From a virus (taxonomy: Duplodnaviria; Caudoviricetes): a stretch of 56,176 nt of DNA. A program made the position numbers and the translations under genes. Position 1 is the first letter of the stretch. The number at the start of each line of letters is the position of its first letter. The stretch covers positions 1 to 56,176 of the IMG/VR virus record IMGVR_UViG_3300050020_000040; one strand, 5' to 3'. This document shows positions 50,453 to 56,176 of this stretch, in pieces. The notes under the pieces were generated by a model. The model did not search any database and was not told where the DNA came from. It worked only from the letters and a program-made list of their open reading frames with translations.

Positions 50453-50967
50453 TGCCCGCCCCCATCACCGCCGTCACGGACCTGGAATCCCTCGACCGTG
50501 CCCTCCAGCACATGGCCATGCTCCAGTCTCGGATCGCTGAGGTGAAGGCCACCGCAGCAGCACTCCACAAGCGAGCCACGGAGTACGAGGACGCCGAGAC
50601 AGAGGCGGATTCCTGCGAGCTGGCGGGGCTGACGACGCTGATAGAACCGTTCGCCAGGGAGCAGGCGGCGCGGCAGGCTGCGGCGGGTGGGCGCAAGGAG
50701 ATCCGAGTGCCGTTCGGTCGCGTCAAGGTCCGCGAACAGGCCCCCGAGATCTTCCGCGAGGATGAGCGGGCGCTCTCTGAATGGGCGGCACCGATGGGCT
50801 ATTACCGCTACCCGAAGGTCCCGGAGCCCGTCGTGGACTGGGCGCGGATCGTGAAGGAGGGGGAGCCCCGAGGGGATCGGCTGGTCATCCCGGCGACGGG
50901 AGAGATCGTGCCGGGCTGCGTGGTCCGGGAGCGGCCCGAGAGCGTGAGCATCGAGGTGGCACAATGA
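50449..50967 (+). CDS. Mu Gam-like host-nuclease inhibitor
   Basis: Helical N-terminus; K.I.VPFG.V..R; TGEIVPG..V motif. Confidence 0.75.
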   Translation: MMPAPITAVTDLESLDRALQHMAMLQSRIAEVKATAAALHKRATEYEDAETEADSCELAGLTTLIEPFAREQAARQAAAGGRKEIRVPFGRVKVREQAPEIFREDERALSEWAAPMGYYRYPKVPEPVVDWARIVKEGEPRGDRLVIPATGEIVPGCVVRERPESVSIEVAQ

Positions 50968-51217
50968 ACTACTGCCGCATCTACTGGGGCTCGCACGGCT
51001 GCGACCTGGAGCGTGGTCACGAGGGGAACCACCGTTGCGGCTGCGCTGACGACCCCCTTCTCCAGGGTCCGGGAAACGTCGGAGGCTACCCGTACTACGG
51101 GCGGTGGATGACATGGTTCTACGGTGAGGACGCGCCGCGTATCCAGTTCCGCCACTGGCTCTGGAGCCTCGCGCACCCGGAGTGGGTGAACTCGCTGCGC
51201 TTTCGCTGGAGGGCCCG

Positions 51218-51649
51218 ATGAGCCTCACGACCACTGGCCCGAGAGTACGTCGCTGGGGGCGCTGGCGTCGCCACGAACACGCCGTAGTCACCGAGCGAGC
51301 CACCGGCGCATGCGAGGGGTGCGGGGCGCATACGGTCGTGCTGGAGGTCGCGCACCTGGCCGGCCGGGGTAACACAGTGTCAGAGCCATGGGCAAGCTCG
51401 GCGGCGCTCACCACCGCGCTGTGCTGCGCCCGGACGTGGGGGTTCTCCATCGGATGTCATGGGGCGATTGACACCGGAAAGGACGACGCGCTCCGGGATC
51501 TGCTCCGCCAGAAGGCCATCAACCGCATGGCGAAGTGCTTGGACGTTGAGCCGGGGGACTACATGTTCCCCAACCCGCTGGACGGGATACGCACCCTGGT
51601 ACGCCTTGCGGATGAGCGAGGGATCACGCCACCCGGGTATACGCCCTAG
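51218..51649 (+). CDS. HNH-like Zn-binding protein
   Basis: RATGACEGCG...EVAH...LC...CH..ID. Confidence 0.55.
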   Translation: MSLTTTGPRVRRWGRWRRHEHAVVTERATGACEGCGAHTVVLEVAHLAGRGNTVSEPWASSAALTTALCCARTWGFSIGCHGAIDTGKDDALRDLLRQKAINRMAKCLDVEPGDYMFPNPLDGIRTLVRLADERGITPPGYTP

Positions 51650-51891
51650 AACGCAAAGAACCCCCCGATCCCCACGTTGGGGACCAGGGGGCCGGGGGAG
51701 GGAGGGCATCTTCACTGGAACGCCATAATTCACTGTCGTTGTGAATATGACGATTGCTCGCTAACGCGGGCATAAGTGCCAGGATTGTGCGTGTTGTGTG
51801 CCAATGCCCACGATCGTGGGCAAGGCTAGAGGCTAGAACTCGGGGGAATCAAGCCTCGGGGCTTGCCGCGCCGGCGAGGTCAACCAGAGCA

Positions 51892-52389
51892 TCAGTGCGG
51901 TGGGATGCCGGAGGCGACGGTGGTCCAGATCACAGCCGTGATGAACGCGCCGACTGCGATGGGGATGGCCCAGCGACCGATCTTCCACCACCACGAGGCA
52001 GACCGAAGCCTGTAGCGGGCGGCGAGGTCATTCTGCCGTGCGATCCAAGGTAGCAGGATGGGCAATCCCGCGAGCAATTTCTGGAAGCCCTCCCCGTGTC
52101 CGTTGATCGAGAGTTCCTTGATCTGGGACTGGATCGCAGCGGTGGCGCTTTTGAGGGCGGTCACCTCGCTGTGGACCAGCACGTCCACATCGTGGGCCTT
52201 GGCCGCCGTGTCGGCCGCCTTCTCCGCAGCGGTCACGGCCAGGTGGGCGTCCTTGCTCGCCGCCCGCGCCTCGCTGGCGATGCCCTCCTGGCCCTCAGCG
52301 AGCTTCTGGAGGGCGGCCCCCGTGACCGCGTGGAAAGCGTTGACGCTCGTCTCCAGGGATGCGACACGCTCTCCGATGGGCTGCGTCAT
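51892..52389 (-). CDS. Coiled-coil membrane protein (holin-like, lysis region)
   Basis: ERVASLE N-terminus; C-terminal TM helix. Confidence 0.55.
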   Translation of the reverse strand: MTQPIGERVASLETSVNAFHAVTGAALQKLAEGQEGIASEARAASKDAHLAVTAAEKAADTAAKAHDVDVLVHSEVTALKSATAAIQSQIKELSINGHGEGFQKLLAGLPILLPWIARQNDLAARYRLRSASWWWKIGRWAIPIAVGAFITAVIWTTVASGIPPH

Positions 52390-52838
52390 GGCTCTCGAAC
52401 CTTGACGGCCGACTGCTGCACCTCGACGGGAAGCACGCCGGCCTTGTGGGCGCGGACGACGTCCCAGTCTGCGGTGGGGATGCAATGAACCCCGAGGATG
52501 CCGACGTGGTGCGCCTGGCAGAGCGGTTCCAGGTTCCCCGGGATCTCGATCCACGCGGCTAGATCCTGGTCGGTGAGGTCAAGCCCGAGCGCATAGTCCA
52601 GCGCAATGACGTCCACGGCGTTGAGGTAAGCGAACTCTACGTGACTGTGATGAAGCTGGATGCCGCCGGAGCAGTCCTCATTGCCCACCGCACAGCGGAG
52701 CAACCCCTGCGCCTTCAGCCGTGCGCGGACGTGCTCAAACGCGGGGTAGTTTGGGTCGCCCGCCCGCGGCTCATGCTCCGGGTAGTGCCGCAGGAGGTGG
52801 ATTGTCCCGGTTTGCGTGTGTGCGGGGACGTCCGTCAT
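52386..52838 (-). CDS. HNH-like protein
   Basis: CAV...C...LHH.H.E...NLEPLCQAHH. Confidence 0.6.
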   Translation of the reverse strand: MTDVPAHTQTGTIHLLRHYPEHEPRAGDPNYPAFEHVRARLKAQGLLRCAVGNEDCSGGIQLHHSHVEFAYLNAVDVIALDYALGLDLTDQDLAAWIEIPGNLEPLCQAHHVGILGVHCIPTADWDVVRAHKAGVLPVEVQQSAVKVREP

Positions 52839-52840
52839 GC

Positions 52841-53764
52841 TCAGTGGAGGTCCGCGTCGACGTGGGTCTGAACGTCGGTCAGGGATGCCGCTTCGGCAGC
52901 GGTGAGGCCACCGGACGCGGCGGGGATCGCCTTGACGTCGGCGTCCACCTGGGCGACTTCGGCGGCGGTGGCGGGAGCGACGGGGGTGAAACTCGCCAAC
53001 ACTTGCGCGGCCGTGGGGAGAGAGTTCACCTCACCGAGCGACAGCCCGATATCGATCCAGCCGATCCCGTTGAAGGCGGTGACATCGGCGGGGGTCGCGA
53101 TCCCTTCCTTGAAGAGCCCAAACGGCCCCTCGTAGATCAGGAACAGACCCGAAGCTGTGGACGTTCCACCCGCTGCGATTCCAACTCGTGTGACTGCCAT
53201 GTCGTCGTCCTCCGGTGGATCAGGTGGGGGTGCGGGTGGGTCGAGGTTCACGAAGTAGCTGTCACAGGCGTCGAGGTCGAAGATGACGCCGTTGCTCGCG
53301 GTCTGCTGGCCGTACTGGACGGCCACTCGAGACGGAAGGGTCGCGGGTTTGGCCTGTCCATCCCACCACTGGGCGGTGAAGTGGGCGGCGAGCTTCGCAC
53401 ACGTCGCCTCGTGGGAGTAGACGCAGGCGGGCATCCCGTTCGCGGCCATGTAGTCCCCGAAGGACGCCGCCACGCTCAGGGTCCAAGCATCCTTCTCGAC
53501 GCCGGGCTCGATGTCCACGACCACGCCCTTCGCACCCACGGCGCGAGCGTAGGCGAGGGCTTGGGCCGGGTTGGCGCCAGGGAAGAACACGACCCATTTC
53601 GGCTGGGGCTGCGCTGCCGTCCACGCTTGCGGGGTCTGCCGTCCTGGCCCGCCATGCGCCCCAAAGCCGGGGCCGTAGGGGAAGAGGACCGCGAAGGATG
53701 CGAGCGTAGCGGCAGGCAGAGTGTCGAGCATCTCGGCGTCACCGCCAGCGAGCCAGGTGATCAT
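52841..53764 (-). CDS. Putative endolysin (GH25/DUF1906-like TIM barrel)
   Basis: VVVDIEPG, ACVYS, AVQY...DLD; linker PPPDPPEDDDM. Confidence 0.65.
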   Translation of the reverse strand: MITWLAGGDAEMLDTLPAATLASFAVLFPYGPGFGAHGGPGRQTPQAWTAAQPQPKWVVFFPGANPAQALAYARAVGAKGVVVDIEPGVEKDAWTLSVAASFGDYMAANGMPACVYSHEATCAKLAAHFTAQWWDGQAKPATLPSRVAVQYGQQTASNGVIFDLDACDSYFVNLDPPAPPPDPPEDDDMAVTRVGIAAGGTSTASGLFLIYEGPFGLFKEGIATPADVTAFNGIGWIDIGLSLGEVNSLPTAAQVLASFTPVAPATAAEVAQVDADVKAIPAASGGLTAAEAASLTDVQTHVDADLH

Positions 53765-54244
53765 TTATAGAGCCCTTATGTAGTAGGCGACGCCCAGGTA
53801 CGGCGGCATGTTGGGCGTCCCGCTTCCGGCTGCGCCGATGGTGTCGGCACCGCTGCCGATGCTGTCGGCAGCGCTACTCGTGGCGCCTGTGCCAGCCGCT
53901 TGAATGTTGGCGGCGGCGCTAAGCGTGGAGTTGCTGCTCCCGACCACGCCGGAACCACTCCCCGGAATCCCAACGTATGTCGTGCCCGTCCCGTTGTAGA
54001 ACGTGGATGAGTGGGAGTGACCACTGTCAGAGTGGGTGTGCGATGGCCCTGAGTGGGTGTGCCCCGAAGCGGAGTGAGTGTGCCCCGAGGCGGAGTGGGT
54101 ATGGGACGGCATCTGGCCGTTGGCGCTGGACGCCCCCAGGGTGACGCCGTTGGCACCGGCCCCCATCGGGGCGAGGCCCTGCAGGTTCGGGAGCGTGGTG
54201 CTGCCAAGCGCCGCGTAGAGGGCCGGATAGGTCGTGCTGCTGAA
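53765..54244 (-). pseudogene. Tail-collar domain gene, 3' remnant
   Basis: FSSTTYPALYAALGSTTLPNLQG, QMPSHTHS repeats, NMPPYL.V.YYIRA; no ATG/GTG/TTG in frame upstream of 54166 before a stop at 54305-54307. Confidence 0.75.
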
Positions 54245-54435
54245 CGGGCGTTGGCGCAGGGGTGGGCTTCGGCGTCGGCTTGGGCCGGGTGAACCACGAC
54301 GCGATCAGTCGGAGGAGTTGAGCGATCCAGTTCATGCCGTCAAGGGTGGCGAGGCGGGACGGCTGCCCATCACGACTCGTAGAACCGTCTGGGGGCGAGG
54401 TCCCGCCGGTCCTGCTTCAACGCCAAGCGGCGGCG

Positions 54436-55485
54436 TCAAGCGAGCGCCACCTGATAGGGGGCGGTCACCCGGCCCTTCTCGGGGTCCACGAACAGGAGCC
54501 ACTGAGCCGGGTCGCTCATGGCGGCGAGGTTCTCCTGGGCGTAGGTGTTGTAGCTCTCCAGGGAGCCGTTCACATAGACGTCCCGGGTGTTGAGCGGCAC
54601 CTTGGCCGACTGGTGGAAGTGCCCCATGAGGACGTCGCCGAAGGGCTCCCGGATCGCGCCGGCCGCCCACGAGTTGATCTTCTTCTGGAAGCCGTACCAG
54701 GGCATCCCGTACTGACCCCGGATCTGGTCGCCGTGGATCGCCAGGGCAGACCAGGCACCCTCGCGGATGATCGCGTACCAGTTCCGCTCGTGGGGACCGT
54801 CCGGCACCTCGAAGCTGATCCGCTTCTCCCCGGTGTCCTCGAAGTGGTAGGCGACCAGGCGCCCGAGCATCCGGTCGGCGTTCGTCTCCGGGTCGTAGAC
54901 GCCCTTGCGTCCGATCCGGCCGTGATTCCCGATCACCCAGGTCACCCGGACCCGGTCGAACTCCCCGAGGAGCCGCCGAAAGAAGTCGATCGAGATGCGC
55001 CGGCCACTTACGAGAATCTGGTCGTACAGGGTGGCGTCGATCAGATGGGCCTGGCCGGGGAAGATGTCCTCCCCCTCCACGATGTCGCCGAGCGCCGCGA
55101 CATGGCACTCCCGGACTGGGTGATCGTTCCTCTGGATGCCGACGAGCCGGGTGATCTTGTCGGCGTAGAGGTGCATGCGCTCCTCTGCGACCTCGGAGTT
55201 GTAGTCGGGGGTGATCTTGCCGAGTTGGAGGTCCGAGTAGAGCGGCACCGCGATCTCGGCGCCGCCTCGCCGACGATCCTTGATCGGCACGGGCACGGGC
55301 ACGATCTCAAGCCCTTGCGCCGCCTCCTTGGCCGCTCGATAGACCGCCTCGATCAACTCGGCCTTGCTCGCCTTGAGCTTTACGTTCTGTCGGAGAAGGC
55401 TCCGGATGGTGGCCTTCAACTCGTTGGTCTCTGCCGCCGCGGCCTCCTGCTTCTCGAAGTCGTCGGGGCTGACCTTAGCGGGCAC
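54436..55485 (-). CDS. Calcineurin-like metallophosphoesterase/nuclease (copy B)
   Basis: SDLQ, LGDIVEG, GNHGR, HGD, GHFH; paralog of 33886-34893. Confidence 0.88.
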   Translation of the reverse strand: MPAKVSPDDFEKQEAAAAETNELKATIRSLLRQNVKLKASKAELIEAVYRAAKEAAQGLEIVPVPVPIKDRRRGGAEIAVPLYSDLQLGKITPDYNSEVAEERMHLYADKITRLVGIQRNDHPVRECHVAALGDIVEGEDIFPGQAHLIDATLYDQILVSGRRISIDFFRRLLGEFDRVRVTWVIGNHGRIGRKGVYDPETNADRMLGRLVAYHFEDTGEKRISFEVPDGPHERNWYAIIREGAWSALAIHGDQIRGQYGMPWYGFQKKINSWAAGAIREPFGDVLMGHFHQSAKVPLNTRDVYVNGSLESYNTYAQENLAAMSDPAQWLLFVDPEKGRVTAPYQVALA

Positions 55486-55705
55486 AACCGCAGCTCCCGG
55501 CGAAGTGGTTGTTGATGGCCGATTCACTGGGCACCGCCAGGTCGGGGTAAGCGTCGCGCAGCCAGCGGACGATCTTCGGGGTGCTCCAATGCCTCTCGCC
55601 GCGACACCGGATGATCTCGACGTACCCCTCGTGCCGCGCGACCAGGCACTCGGTCGCGAGCTTGTGCTGGCGCTCCCAGTCCTCGGGACTGATCTGAGCA
55701 CTCAT
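55475..55705 (-). CDS. Small Cys/His HTH-like partner protein (copy B)
   Basis: IVRWL...NHF..SCGC; same arrangement as copy A. Confidence 0.65.
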   Translation of the reverse strand: MSAQISPEDWERQHKLATECLVARHEGYVEIIRCRGERHWSTPKIVRWLRDAYPDLAVPSESAINNHFAGSCGCAR

Positions 55706-55818
55706 TGGCGTTCCCTCCGCTGACGGGGACTGGCCCCGGTCTCGCGTCTCACGCCCCACACTCTGTCAGTGCTCAGCCCCTGCCCCGCGCCCCACTGGGT
55801 CGAGCATGACGGTGGTGG

Positions 55819-55975
55819 TCATGAGGAGACGAACGCCACCGTCAGGAATGGGATGCCCCCGACAACATCGACCTGCAGGTTTTGGCCTCCCGACGAAACA
55901 GTTACAGTTTGCAGATAGTCCCCAGCGTTCAGGAGTACGCCAGGATCGGATATTCCCACACCTGAATAGGCGATG
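55819..55975 (-). CDS. 3' part of origin-spanning tail protein, C1q/TNF-like beta-sandwich C-terminus
   Basis: Protein contains LAFDTKSYDPLG..GRYSV..IMKNG..LNAGDYLQ, a pattern typical of C1q-like fibre tips. Confidence 0.65.
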
Positions 55976-56176
55976 GGCGGGTAATTCCCCGAGTAGTACA
56001 ACAGAGCTCCATTCTTCATGATGTAAATGTTGCTCGCAGAAGTCGTCGGGCCGTATTTGACATACGTGGCAACCGAGTAACGTCCAGCTAGCGTAACGGT
56101 GATCTTGGCCCCCGCCCCCGTAGTGGCCATCCCCAAGGGGTCATAACTCTTGGTGTCGAAGGCCAGGACCGCACTG
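55976..56176. repeat. Terminal direct repeat (circular overlap), copy 2
   Basis: Matches 1-201 with one mismatch. Confidence 0.97.

Noticed and set aside
51655-51700. Intrinsic terminator in the convergent intergenic region
   Set aside because: A GC hairpin is present but there is no convincing U-tract; support too weak
54334-55515. 393-aa plus-strand ORF
   Set aside because: Shadow of the metallophosphoesterase gene; no motifs

Overview
The window is an apparently complete, circularly permuted genome of a high-GC tailed dsDNA phage (siphovirus-like). Bases 1-201 repeat at 55976-56176 with one mismatch, giving a unit length of about 55,975 bp. The minus strand (~39.2 kb to 1, continuing through the origin to ~51.9 kb) carries accessory genes, terS/terL, a portal-MuF fusion, protease/scaffold, major capsid, a five-glycosyltransferase plus epimerase block, head-tail and tail genes, tape measure, tail tip/fibre genes and a lysis region. 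The plus strand (~39.3-51.6 kb) carries DNA methylases, a replication initiator, an SNF2-MTase fusion, RusA, Bet, Gam and HNH genes. I saw no integrase or DNA polymerase. The standout feature is a 272-aa intein (20664-21479, minus) in the MuF HPR/CRC motif with no in-frame endonuclease. Instead, an HTH plus Vsr/DUF559-like endonuclease gene (20724-21476) lies entirely on the opposite strand inside the intein, with its own extended -10 promoter, RBS and stop codon built from intein codons. Other oddities are a pentapeptide-repeat gene copy inserted with a 22-bp target duplication, a second metallophosphoesterase module interrupting a tail-collar gene, two cassette-like genes between terS and terL, and a degenerate tRNA-Met. 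All family calls come from motif recognition by eye, not database searches.
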